Shown here: in pieces, positions 1 to 9,887 of the stretch | Layout: every line of letters begins with the position of its first letter | Position numbering within the stretch: position 1 is the stretch's first letter | Virus record (IMG/VR): IMGVR_UViG_3300023174_006137 | Span: 95,492 to 159,491 of that record | Length of the DNA stretch: 64,000 nt | Direction: 5' to 3' (one strand) | Origin: a virus | Program-made: the position numbers and the translations under genes | The notes under the pieces: model-generated | The model's input: only the letters and a program-made list of their open reading frames with translations | Databases searched by the model: none | Told to the model about the DNA's origin: nothing

Positions 1-324
1 TTTGCTACACCTTCAAATATATCTATTACTGGAACAGCAACAACATATGGTTCTGCTTATAATGTAACTTTTACATGGACAACTTCAACTGGTTCTTCAA
101 GATATTATGTGAATTTTACAAGAAATAATACCACAATTTACAATACATTAGATGCGGGTGGCGATCAATTTAATCCATATCAAAATTCTCCGACTAAAGT
201 TTATATAAATACTAATTCAGCAACATTAGTAAATTGCCCACCTGGGTATACTTATTCGGCAAGTATTTATGCTGCTAATGGTGTAGGTGTTAGTTCAACT
301 ACTAGTTCTTCTGTTAGATTATAA
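1..324 (+). CDS. 3' end of a T/S/N-rich virion protein, fibronectin-III-like domain (partial)
   Basis: Frame +1 is open from base 1 (FATPSNISITG..VTFTW..Y.V..PGYTYSASIYAANGVG), an FN3-like pattern. Confidence 0.55.
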   Translation, partial: FATPSNISITGTATTYGSAYNVTFTWTTSTGSSRYYVNFTRNNTTIYNTLDAGGDQFNPYQNSPTKVYINTNSATLVNCPPGYTYSASIYAANGVGVSSTTSSSVRL

Positions 325-331
325 AAAATTT

Positions 332-357
332 AAAAGCCGCTAAATTTAGCGGCTTTT
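332..357. terminator. Bidirectional intrinsic terminator
   Basis: AAAAGCCGCTAAA/TTTAGCGGCTTTT palindrome between convergent genes. Confidence 0.75.
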
Positions 358-909
358 AAATTTTTTATAAGATATAACTTGTTCCTTTTTTATATACCAT
401 AATGTAGCTTGTATTGTATTTTCAAAAGAATTTTTATTTAAAATAATATTATTCCAATCAAAAACTATATTATCATCTTCTATTTCAAATCCTTCTCCAA
501 TCATATTAGCAATATCATCTTCATTAAATTCGTCTAAAGCAAAAATCGTTTTATTATTTTTCAAATCTTCTATACTATGATTTAAAACTAAATGCCATTT
601 GTCAAAACAAGATAAAAGCACTTTATCATCATCTATTTCAAACTTAATTAAATAACCAATTTCTCCTTTAGTGATTTGTCCTCTTAATGTTGGCTTAGAT
701 TTATTATTATATCTATACCAAGCCCATATCGGATGTTTACAAGGAATATCTGATTTAGGAAGTAATTCATGCATTTTAGATTCTATCCATGTATAACTAT
801 CTATAAAATTATTATTTGAAAAACAAATTATATCTTCATGTGCTTTAAGAATACCAGTATCTTGCAACTCTTGCCATTTAAATTCAGATTGAATAGTATA
901 TAAAATCAT
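346..909 (-). CDS. DUF3841-like protein
   Basis: LYTIQ..W..L...G, PIWAWY, VLLS.FD.WH.VLN and IQATLW motifs. Confidence 0.65.
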   Translation of the reverse strand: MILYTIQSEFKWQELQDTGILKAHEDIICFSNNNFIDSYTWIESKMHELLPKSDIPCKHPIWAWYRYNNKSKPTLRGQITKGEIGYLIKFEIDDDKVLLSCFDKWHLVLNHSIEDLKNNKTIFALDEFNEDDIANMIGEGFEIEDDNIVFDWNNIILNKNSFENTIQATLWYIKKEQVISYKKFKSR

Positions 910-946
910 TTTGCAAATTTATGAAAAATATTTATTAAAACGAAAA

Positions 947-1783
947 TTAAAAATTTAAATATAAAGATTCTGAAACAATACTATTATTTGAATTTCCAAC
1001 AACTCGTCTAAAACTTGAATTACCACTTATTAGATATTCATGTCTTTTAAAACTTGGTGGTATATGATCAACTTCACTATCATTTACTTTACCATCATAA
1101 CTCAATAACCATTTACAATTTAGATTATTTAACCAATTAATGAATTTGTTATTATCAAAATTATTAAAATACATTCCTTTTGTTTGTTGATATGGCGGAT
1201 CGCAATATATAATATCATCATGTTCAAAATAACTATTTAAATTACCAATACTAATAAACTCATAACTTACGTTATAAAACGTAATTTTTTTACCTGACAT
1301 TAACTCTGAATAATATAGAACAACTTTTTCTACTTCATCTGGATGCATACCAGGTCTTGAAAAATGACAAGAATTATTGAACTCTCCTAATTTATTATAA
1401 CGAGGCATACCATTTGTGGTTGTTCTCATTATCCAATAAAAATCTTCTGGTTTTTTATTCAAATTGAAATCAGTTCTTACTTTTTGAAAATAATCTTTTC
1501 TTTGTTGTATATCACCTTTATTAAAATTATTATAATGTTGTTTGTATGTCCATATAAGAAAATATGGATTATTTTGAATCATTTGCCATACATCAATTAA
1601 TTCTTTATTAACATCAGATAAAACAAAAGTGTCAACTTCTATATCTGATTCTAATAATTCTAAAAAAATTGAACCACCACCTAAAAAAGGTTCAAAATAA
1701 TAATTTATTTTTTTGGGCAAAAAAGAAATTATTTGTTTTGCCTGGCTATTTTTTGAGCCGCTCCATTTCAACAAATTACTCAT
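947..1783 (-). CDS. dam: Dam-family (D12) DNA adenine methyltransferase
   Basis: LKWSGSK, EPFLGGGS SAM-binding motif, catalytic DPPY. Confidence 0.9.
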   Translation of the reverse strand: MSNLLKWSGSKNSQAKQIISFLPKKINYYFEPFLGGGSIFLELLESDIEVDTFVLSDVNKELIDVWQMIQNNPYFLIWTYKQHYNNFNKGDIQQRKDYFQKVRTDFNLNKKPEDFYWIMRTTTNGMPRYNKLGEFNNSCHFSRPGMHPDEVEKVVLYYSELMSGKKITFYNVSYEFISIGNLNSYFEHDDIIYCDPPYQQTKGMYFNNFDNNKFINWLNNLNCKWLLSYDGKVNDSEVDHIPPSFKRHEYLISGNSSFRRVVGNSNNSIVSESLYLNF

Positions 1784-2054
1784 CTTCTAATATTTCATCA
1801 ATTCTATTTTTCCTAATAGTTGCGGCATGCACTAAAATACGATTGTATATTAATGTATTGATGATATGTTCCACCATATCATCATTTTTTCTTAATTTTG
1901 AATCTCCAAAAAGAACATCTAAATATTCTTTAATTAATTTCCTACTTACAGCAAAATGATATGTTCCATTATATCCTTCGTCTGAATCACTTTTTGTAGA
2001 TGACAGTTCGTTAACTCTATCAAAGTCAATTATAAAATCGCTTATTTTCATCAT
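1776..2054 (-). CDS. Hypothetical protein with C-terminal RxxRIxxIL tag
   Basis: Overlapping operon ORF; ends RKNRIDEILEDE. Confidence 0.6.
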   Translation of the reverse strand: MMKISDFIIDFDRVNELSSTKSDSDEGYNGTYHFAVSRKLIKEYLDVLFGDSKLRKNDDMVEHIINTLIYNRILVHAATIRKNRIDEILEDE

Positions 2055-2287
2055 TCTAAAATTTGGTTTATTCTCGATTCTCTAAAATCTGCTATTGATT
2101 GAAAATATTTTCCAAATTCTAAATCACTTACAGGTTCTATACTAAAGTAGAAATTATCTACTTGCACTAAAGTATGTTTTTTATAAATTTCTATATCCCT
2201 AACAATATAATATCTATCTTTTAAGAATATCAATTTATCTTCATTATAAAAATTATTAATACAAATTATTTTATCTCCTATTTTCAT
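2051..2287 (-). CDS. Hypothetical SH3-like phage protein with C-terminal RxxRIxxIL tag
   Basis: MKIGDKIIC start; ends RESRINQILE. Confidence 0.6.
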   Translation of the reverse strand: MKIGDKIICINNFYNEDKLIFLKDRYYIVRDIEIYKKHTLVQVDNFYFSIEPVSDLEFGKYFQSIADFRESRINQILE

Positions 2288-2304
2288 AAAATAATATATT
2301 AAAT

Positions 2305-3411
2305 CTAAATTATTTCCTTCATGAATTTTACAAATAAATCATGATTTACTGATACACATATTCTACTATAGGACGACCAATTATCTTTATTATAATATAC
2401 AAACTTATCTAAGCCAACTGCTCCAATACGATGTTGAAATAAGTAATCTTCTGATTTATTTATTATAGCAAATATACCCATAGGATTATTACCATTATAG
2501 ATTTCATCTACTAATAAATTATTATCTCTTAACCATTGAATATTTAATTCAATATGTTTTTTAGTTTCTTTTTGAAACTCTATTATTGATTGTTTTCCCT
2601 CATCAGTAGATAAAATAGTATTTACCAAAATTTGAGATGGAGAAGATATACCATTAAATTCATATAATAAACGAATATTTAATTCTTCGTTAAATTCTCT
2701 ATTTAATGAGCATATGAAACCAAGTCTTGCTCCTGGTAAGCCAATCCATTTTGAAAATGATTCGGCTATTATAACATTTGGATGTAATAATTTTTCAAAG
2801 AAAGTATCATCATAAAATAATTTACGATATGGAGAATCAAATACCACAATTGCACCAGTATCAGCAATTTCCATTATTTTAGAGTATAAATAATTATCAT
2901 CTAATTTTACTCCTGTTGGATTATTTGGATCGCAAATAAATATACATGAAGTTTCGTTTAGGTGTGAAATATCAAAATAATCTAATGAATCATAAAAAGA
3001 AAATGGTTTATTTCTAATAGTTGCCATTTTAGAATATGAGCCCCAATAAAATTTAGGAAAATAAATATTTTCAATATTTAATGTTTGAATAATAATATCA
3101 AGTGCTGGCATACCACCAGGTGTTATAGATATATTTGATTCCATTTCTGGAATATGTTGATATTTTGGAAAATATTCTTTAATAATTGATTTTCGTAAAG
3201 AATCTATACCTAAATTAGGAGCATATAATTGAAATTCTTTAGAATTAAAATCAATTAATTTTTGGATTTTTTCTAAATTTATTTGAACTACTGAATTTAC
3301 ACCACGGTTAAGTTCTAAATATTCGTTACCAGTTTCTTTTGCCGCTTTTTTAACTTTTTGACCGATGCCAACGATTGAAGAAAATGTTGCTTTGCTTAAA
3401 TTTATTCTCAT
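2305..3411 (-). CDS. PLP-dependent class I/II aminotransferase
   Basis: PNNPTG, D..Y, SFSK (PLP lysine), G.RLG motifs. Confidence 0.85.
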   Translation of the reverse strand: MRINLSKATFSSIVGIGQKVKKAAKETGNEYLELNRGVNSVVQINLEKIQKLIDFNSKEFQLYAPNLGIDSLRKSIIKEYFPKYQHIPEMESNISITPGGMPALDIIIQTLNIENIYFPKFYWGSYSKMATIRNKPFSFYDSLDYFDISHLNETSCIFICDPNNPTGVKLDDNYLYSKIMEIADTGAIVVFDSPYRKLFYDDTFFEKLLHPNVIIAESFSKWIGLPGARLGFICSLNREFNEELNIRLLYEFNGISSPSQILVNTILSTDEGKQSIIEFQKETKKHIELNIQWLRDNNLLVDEIYNGNNPMGIFAIINKSEDYLFQHRIGAVGLDKFVYYNKDNWSSYSRICVSVNHDLFVKFMKEII

Positions 3412-3509
3412 AAGTGTTTTAGTATCAAAATTAAAAATGTTTTAACAAATTAATATATACATAATAATTAAACACATAATTTTAATATATAATAAAAAAG
3501 AAAAATTAG

Positions 3510-5309
3510 ATGAAACAATTTAAATTTTTGCTTAAATATAACCAAGTTTTCGAAGCAACACAAAAAGAAAAAGATGAAAAAAAAGCTTATATAAATGCAA
3601 TCTATGATGAACTTTTGGAAAGCCCAGCTATGAATGATATTGTAGCATTAAAAACTGATTTTTCGGAAATGACAGGTGGAGTTCCATTCAATGAAAAAAA
3701 TTCAAGAATACATCCGACCAGATCTTATTATGTACTTGTAGATGAAGGAAAATTTAAAATAAATTTCAAAAGAAATTTCACATCAAATACAGCAACAATA
3801 ATTGTTAAATTTGAAGATGGACGTCCTGTAGAATATATATTCGAAACTCATGAAAGGACAGCCTCTTTTGCCGGCAGTGATGAAGAACAAAGAGAAGCTG
3901 CTGAAAGTTTTTTCAGAAAAATGAACATCGAAGAGTCAAAAAATAAATATCCTTCATTAAGAATTCCAACTGATTCGACTACAGGTCAACAAATAGAAAA
4001 ATTAAACGATTTAATTAAACTTGCTGAAAAATGGAATCAAATATATAATGCAAATATTGATACTAAAGTAGGCGATCCAATTGAATTGAAAAAAAGGTTA
4101 TATGATTTTATGGAAAAATATAACGAAGACATGGAAAAAGTGAGAGCTGAAAAATTTGCAGAGGGTGAGAAAAAAATGGTATCATATGGAAAAGATTTTC
4201 CAGTCAAAATGATATTTGATGATTTAGAAAAATGTTTAAGATGGGTTTGGGCTTATTTTGTTGCGAGAAAAACACCTAGAACATTAGATCCAGCCAAAAC
4301 TTTTGATTATTTAATGAAAAATGAATATCTATGGAAACAAAAATTACCTTTAGGTTATCGTTATGGCTCTAAGATTGATATAGAAGATTTCTTAAATGGT
4401 GAATTAAATAAAAAAGAAATTATTGAAGAATTAAAATTTCGTGGTGGTGGTATAAAAAGTCTTGTTGCTTCGGAATTAAAAGATATAAAAAGAACAACAC
4501 AATTTTTAAAACAAGTATTTAAAGTATTGGGTTTGGAATTTATAAGTGAAACTGAAGGTTCTTTTTCTAGCAAAGTTGTTTCTAGAGGAGCTGCGCCATT
4601 GTCTGAGATACCAAAAAGAGAACTAACAAGCGGCACAACTAAAGAAGAAATAGGATCTAATTGGATAATAGGGTTTGAAATATCTAAAGTTTTATCTTCA
4701 AAAAATACAATTTTAGGATTAGCAGCTAAAAATATGACAAAAAACCAAATTAATTTTACAAATCGTGATTTAGTTTTTCAATTATCACAAAGACCAGAAT
4801 TTACTAAAGTTGGTAAAGAAAAAATACATACAGAAATAAGTGGTGATAAAGTAATTATATTTTTTGAAGCAAGAACAGAACAAGAAGCATTATTACAATT
4901 ATTGACAGGTTATTCATTTAAAACACAAAGTGGTGAAAAAATTACATACGGACCATGGTTATTAAAAGCATTTACGGAAACAAATAATGTAACTATAAAT
5001 GGAGAAGAAGTTGAGGCGGATACATTTTTAGATATAATAAGAAATTTCATAACGCTTTTAGGTAAAAATTTAACTAATTTTATTCCAAATAGTAAAAATA
5101 ATCCATATTTTTTACTTACAAATATACCAACTGATATATCAGAAACAGATCCAAGAATTTTAAAACTTATATCACAAGTTATAAATAATAATTTAACTTT
5201 AAAGAAAAAATTACAACAAAAAAATAACGAACTTTATAACTTATTAACACAAAACGGATTAACACCAGTAGATATATCCACAAAAGTAAAAGGGAAAAGA
5301 GCAATATAA
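3510..5309 (+). CDS. Hypothetical late protein, possibly capsid-internal
   Basis: 599 aa ORF; TAATATATA upstream; N-terminus resembles a capsid-targeting sequence. Confidence 0.6.
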   Translation: MKQFKFLLKYNQVFEATQKEKDEKKAYINAIYDELLESPAMNDIVALKTDFSEMTGGVPFNEKNSRIHPTRSYYVLVDEGKFKINFKRNFTSNTATIIVKFEDGRPVEYIFETHERTASFAGSDEEQREAAESFFRKMNIEESKNKYPSLRIPTDSTTGQQIEKLNDLIKLAEKWNQIYNANIDTKVGDPIELKKRLYDFMEKYNEDMEKVRAEKFAEGEKKMVSYGKDFPVKMIFDDLEKCLRWVWAYFVARKTPRTLDPAKTFDYLMKNEYLWKQKLPLGYRYGSKIDIEDFLNGELNKKEIIEELKFRGGGIKSLVASELKDIKRTTQFLKQVFKVLGLEFISETEGSFSSKVVSRGAAPLSEIPKRELTSGTTKEEIGSNWIIGFEISKVLSSKNTILGLAAKNMTKNQINFTNRDLVFQLSQRPEFTKVGKEKIHTEISGDKVIIFFEARTEQEALLQLLTGYSFKTQSGEKITYGPWLLKAFTETNNVTINGEEVEADTFLDIIRNFITLLGKNLTNFIPNSKNNPYFLLTNIPTDISETDPRILKLISQVINNNLTLKKKLQQKNNELYNLLTQNGLTPVDISTKVKGKRAI

Positions 5310-5313
5310 AAAT

Positions 5314-5342
5314 AAAAAAAGTGAGTTAAACTCACTTTTTTT
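5314..5342. terminator. Bidirectional intrinsic terminator
   Basis: A7-GTGAGT/ACTCAC-T7 hairpin between convergent genes. Confidence 0.75.
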
Positions 5343-5345
5343 ATT

Positions 5346-7991
5346 TTAATAATCCCATTCATCTAATTTCTGATTTAAATAAACTTTAAACTTCTCTGGC
5401 AAAATACTTTTACCATTTTTAGTTGTTTGTTCTAAAAACCCATCAACAAAATCATCTTCGTTTTCATCTAATCTTCTTTTTGATATATCAATAATCATTT
5501 TAAAATAATTAAAATTATTTGTTTTAACACTCCAAAGTAATCCTTTTAAAAATATATCATATGCACTAACATTAAATTCAGTTTTAGCAGATTTAGAAGG
5601 TATTTTTTCCAAAATTTCTTTACTAATCTTAACAAAATCATCTGAAACTATATTATTAGGAAATAAAAATTTAGAAATTTTATCAAAATAGAGATTGTTA
5701 ATTTTACAACCATTTTTTATCAAATATAAAATTTGCTCTATGTTTTCAGTAAATCCAATTAATTTACCTTCTGGATCGTAATAATCATAATTATTTTTAA
5801 TCTTATTTAAAACATATTCTAATTCTAAATTTTTATTATGTTTTAAATAAAATTGAAGTCGCATTACAGGATTGTTCCCCAAATCTGTCAATACTCCATT
5901 TATATTTTCTTTCCTTATTTTTAATAATTCATCTACAATTAAATTTCTTTCATTATTTTTATGTTTAAAATATTCTTGAACCGCTACATTAAGTATATTT
6001 GATGGTTCATTAAAATTAGCATTTTTTTGTGCTAATAATTTAACCTTTTTTAAACTTCCTTCACCTGTAACAGGGTCTATAACCGAATTTAGTAAAATTC
6101 TACCACCAGCAAGATTTGGATCAGCATATTCTAAACATTCTTCAAATTCTTCAAATGTCATGCCACCTTCAAGTAATTTTTTCTCAGCTTGCTTTTTCTT
6201 AATTCTTAAAGCACGTTCTTCACTAGTTAATCCTTGAAATACTTGTTCATAATCAATACCCCAATCATCTAATAGATTTACAACTTCAGTACTTATACCA
6301 GTATCATCTTTTCTATGAGCAGAAGTTATATCACCATTTTCATCAATAATTAAGCCAAAAGGAAAATAATTATCAGTGACATCTAATCCAAAATTATATA
6401 CATAATATAATTTATATGATTTATCTTTAATATATGATTTCCATCTATTATCATCAATAGGCCAAGCGATACAATGTTGTGTCGGTGTTAATTTACCTGA
6501 ATCCCATTCAGTTTTTAATTTTCCTGTTTCCGGATCTTTTACTTGTATCATTGCTCTCTTTTTATTATTATGTAAATACCAATTAGCAGACGGACTTTTA
6601 ACTTGGAAAATAATCACAGGTTTAGATGAAGATTTATCATTTACAAAAATAACTTCTGCTCCATTTTCTTTTCCAAATTTTTCATTAACTTCATCAATCA
6701 TTTCGTATAATTTTTCAACACCAACATTTCCTAAACCTTGTATTCTACTCTGAACTCTTTGTATAAATCCATCTAAACTTTTATCTTCTTGTGGATCATC
6801 TCTAGTTCCTTTACGCATTTTAAAAATTTTTTCAACTTCGGGAAAAAGTTTAACCATAACTGGTTTTCCACTTTTATCTAAAATTTCTTTACCATTTATA
6901 TCTTTTAAAGTTTCTTTTTTTGCTTCAAATTTAATACCATTATCCATTAAAATTTGAACTAATTTTTTTAATTCATTTTTAACTTTTATCTTCAAAGGAT
7001 CATCATTTTTTAGTTCACGATATTCTGATAATAAATCTGGAGCAATTTGATTTCCTTCTTTATCTTTTATACCAATAGGAAGTCTTTCTAACAATGCATC
7101 AGTATAATAATCAATTCGCATATCTCTAATGTCATTTGACAACATATCCACACCAGGAACACGCAAATCTTTTGATTTTTTCAATTCCTCATCTTGCATT
7201 TTTTTATACTTATCAAAATTATCTAATACTTTATTTTGCAATTTATCCTCTAACTCTTCAAAATGATTTAAAACAGAACCAAATAAACCATAATTATTAT
7301 CTGTATTCCATATTATTTCATCATCAGTTGGTAAATAAGTAAAAGGTCCTAATAAATCTCTAACTTCATCATAATTATTACCATCATGTGCTGAATCCAA
7401 ATCAATTTTAAACTTATTAAAATCTCTATAAAATAATCTAATAAAATAATCAATTAAATAAGTATATTCCGAATTTTCTAATAATTCTTTTAATCTCAAA
7501 TAAAAAGGATCTTCTAAAGCTTTTTTTTCAACTTCTTCTAATTCTTCCTGTGTTAATTTTCCTTCTGAATTAATTATATCATTTATATTATTTACATTTA
7601 AATAAATAGAATCTTTAAATATTTTTTCTAATTTATCTTTTTTCTCATTTTGCAATTCGCTAATTTCAGAATTATACTTCTCTATTGTTTTATCAGAAAA
7701 ATTACTATCAACTTTTAATTTAGTTAAATAATCTTTTTTTTGCTTTTCAATTATTTGAATAGACATATCTATCTGACTTTTGATATCAGATATTTCTTTA
7801 GTAATATCTTTCCATTGCTGTTCAGTAATGTTTTGTTTTTTTAATTCTCTATTAGCAACTGACATTTTTTTCTTAGCAACTTCTTTATTTTTATAAATTC
7901 CAATAAGAAATTGTTTAGCCGCTGTTTCGGATTGTTCGGCAGATAATGCTTCTTTAATATATTCTAAAAAACTGAAATAATTTGTAATCAT
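5346..7991 (-). CDS. Large hypothetical late protein (N-terminal coiled coil, possible ankyrin-like C-terminus)
   Basis: 881 aa ORF; TAATATATA upstream. Confidence 0.6.
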   Translation of the reverse strand: MITNYFSFLEYIKEALSAEQSETAAKQFLIGIYKNKEVAKKKMSVANRELKKQNITEQQWKDITKEISDIKSQIDMSIQIIEKQKKDYLTKLKVDSNFSDKTIEKYNSEISELQNEKKDKLEKIFKDSIYLNVNNINDIINSEGKLTQEELEEVEKKALEDPFYLRLKELLENSEYTYLIDYFIRLFYRDFNKFKIDLDSAHDGNNYDEVRDLLGPFTYLPTDDEIIWNTDNNYGLFGSVLNHFEELEDKLQNKVLDNFDKYKKMQDEELKKSKDLRVPGVDMLSNDIRDMRIDYYTDALLERLPIGIKDKEGNQIAPDLLSEYRELKNDDPLKIKVKNELKKLVQILMDNGIKFEAKKETLKDINGKEILDKSGKPVMVKLFPEVEKIFKMRKGTRDDPQEDKSLDGFIQRVQSRIQGLGNVGVEKLYEMIDEVNEKFGKENGAEVIFVNDKSSSKPVIIFQVKSPSANWYLHNNKKRAMIQVKDPETGKLKTEWDSGKLTPTQHCIAWPIDDNRWKSYIKDKSYKLYYVYNFGLDVTDNYFPFGLIIDENGDITSAHRKDDTGISTEVVNLLDDWGIDYEQVFQGLTSEERALRIKKKQAEKKLLEGGMTFEEFEECLEYADPNLAGGRILLNSVIDPVTGEGSLKKVKLLAQKNANFNEPSNILNVAVQEYFKHKNNERNLIVDELLKIRKENINGVLTDLGNNPVMRLQFYLKHNKNLELEYVLNKIKNNYDYYDPEGKLIGFTENIEQILYLIKNGCKINNLYFDKISKFLFPNNIVSDDFVKISKEILEKIPSKSAKTEFNVSAYDIFLKGLLWSVKTNNFNYFKMIIDISKRRLDENEDDFVDGFLEQTTKNGKSILPEKFKVYLNQKLDEWDY

Positions 7992-8017
7992 AAACTATAT
8001 ATTAATTATCTAATTCA

Positions 8018-8281
8018 TTAATCATCTCGCAATATATCATTTATCCGATTATTGCGCTCTTTTATTTTTTCATAATCATCAGCCGGTAATACATCATTTT
8101 CTGTTATTATTTCATAATGTAATTTATTATGTTCATCATAATAATAAACAATAAATTCATCCGAATACTTTGGGTGAATTTTTTCTACAACCGCTAATCT
8201 AAAATTCTTTTTTAAAAGAACTCTCATACCAACTCTTAACTTACTCGAATCTAATCCTGGTATGTTTCTTTTTTTAGCCAT
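8018..8281 (-). CDS. Hypothetical KOW/SH3-like protein with C-terminal RxxRIxxIL tag
   Basis: LRVGMRVLL; ends RNNRINDILRDD; start moved to MAKKRN. Confidence 0.6.
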   Translation of the reverse strand: MAKKRNIPGLDSSKLRVGMRVLLKKNFRLAVVEKIHPKYSDEFIVYYYDEHNKLHYEIITENDVLPADDYEKIKERNNRINDILRDD

Positions 8282-8313
8282 ATAATATATATTACAAATA
8301 TAATATATAATTA

Positions 8314-9072
8314 ATGAAGTACATAACAATATCTATAAAAGAATTTTACAAGCTAAATGAATCTCTTATAAATATACAGAATGATATTGATAAAATTTAT
8401 GATAATTATTTCCGAGATGGTATTGAATATATTCAAAATTCAGACAAAATAGATTTATCTAAATTTAAAGTTGGCGAAATTAGTTCAGCGGATTTAACCG
8501 ACGAATTATGTAAAAAAGCACATAAAATAAATCCAATAACAATTTACATAAACAACGATAAAAATTTATATAATAATCATTACAATCCACTTAAAAAATT
8601 AATAAATTTAAGACCAAATAGAAATGCTATAGATTATAGTTTAGGTTTTAATACTATTTCTGAAGCTACTGAATCATTAGATTATGAACAGAAAGAAACT
8701 TTTATAAGGGAATTTAAAGAATCAACAATAAAAGGATCTATACATCACGAATTAGTTCATTGGATTGATGATAGTTTAAATAATAAGCATATAGAAAAAA
8801 TAATAAAAAAACAGTTAGATAACAAAAAATATATTAAAGATGCAAATTATAGAAACTTTGAAATACAATCACAAATTCACAATATAATTCAATTAAAAAA
8901 ACAAAATCAAGATATTTGGAATTATTTAAGTTTTGCAGAAATGATAAAATTATCACCTTCTTTAAGTACCGTTTTTAAAAATATGACTAATATTGATGGT
9001 AGAAATAAATGGCTTCGACAACTGAAAAGTAGATTATATAGAGAAGGATTACTAGGTAAAAATATGATATAA
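8314..9072 (+). CDS. Putative zincin (HExxH) metallopeptidase-like late protein
   Basis: HHELVH plus downstream FEIQS glutamate. Confidence 0.5.
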   Translation: MKYITISIKEFYKLNESLINIQNDIDKIYDNYFRDGIEYIQNSDKIDLSKFKVGEISSADLTDELCKKAHKINPITIYINNDKNLYNNHYNPLKKLINLRPNRNAIDYSLGFNTISEATESLDYEQKETFIREFKESTIKGSIHHELVHWIDDSLNNKHIEKIIKKQLDNKKYIKDANYRNFEIQSQIHNIIQLKKQNQDIWNYLSFAEMIKLSPSLSTVFKNMTNIDGRNKWLRQLKSRLYREGLLGKNMI

Positions 9073-9103
9073 TTTTTTAACCAATAATATTAATATATAA
9101 TTA

Positions 9104-9544
9104 ATGAAATATCTTAAACCATTTAACGAAAATTTTGCAAAACAACCTAATAGAGAAAAAGTAATAATAGGTGGCTATCCAGTATGGGTAGATTTAGAAA
9201 GAAGCATTATATTCGATAGTGAATATGCAACATATGGTAATCCAATTGATATTTTTTATTTTGATAGTGAATATCCTAAAGTTTCAACTGGTTCCAAACT
9301 TACACAAGAAGAAAAAAATGATTTAATAAATTATATTAAATCTAAAACAAAACTAGGATATAATTACCAAGTTGTAAATAGTTTAGATCCACTTGATATA
9401 CCTTTAGATTCTTCTAGAAGAGAATCTTTCACAGGATTTCCAACAAAAGAAGAGGCATATATGAAAGGGTTAAGTGCTAAAATAGAAAATAGACTATCAG
9501 ACATATATGTTATAAAAACGGAACCTAAAAGATATTATATTTAA
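9104..9544 (+). CDS. Hypothetical late protein with capsid-targeting-like N-terminus
   Basis: MKYLKPFNE; TAATATATA upstream. Confidence 0.6.
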   Translation: MKYLKPFNENFAKQPNREKVIIGGYPVWVDLERSIIFDSEYATYGNPIDIFYFDSEYPKVSTGSKLTQEEKNDLINYIKSKTKLGYNYQVVNSLDPLDIPLDSSRRESFTGFPTKEEAYMKGLSAKIENRLSDIYVIKTEPKRYYI

Positions 9545-9879
9545 AAATCAAAATTAGCTAATAATCTTTTTATAATATATTCCTTTACATTATCTGCTAA
9601 ATATATTGCTTGATCCATACCTTTAATTTCTTTCATATAATAACCAGTTCCTTTACAAGTTTCACATTCATAATCAGGATATTCGGAATCATTAGTATCA
9701 CAATACCAACACATTGATTTCTCTGTTTTTGTCTCAACATAACTACCACCACTTGAATTTGAATAATCGAAATATATATAATCAATATATTCTTTATTTT
9801 CTATCATTCTTATTTTAGTTATAATAACTAAACAGCCTGTATATAATTTATACACATTTCCAATTCTAAATTTGCTCAT
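9541..9879 (-). CDS. Hypothetical protein with DnaJ-type Zn finger
   Basis: CWYC...CETCKGTG. Confidence 0.55.
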   Translation of the reverse strand: MSKFRIGNVYKLYTGCLVIITKIRMIENKEYIDYIYFDYSNSSGGSYVETKTEKSMCWYCDTNDSEYPDYECETCKGTGYYMKEIKGMDQAIYLADNVKEYIIKRLLANFDF

Positions 9880-9887
9880 AATTTTTT

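Noticed and set aside
4361-4636. Antisense or nested ORFs inside long genes (1669, 4361, 7136, 12361, 22257, 22970, 26971, 28484, 31450, 32432, 40008, 42612, 43054, 47397, 50103, 50518, 52719, 56407, 57939, 59619)
   Set aside because: They overlap better-supported CDSs and show no recognisable motifs.
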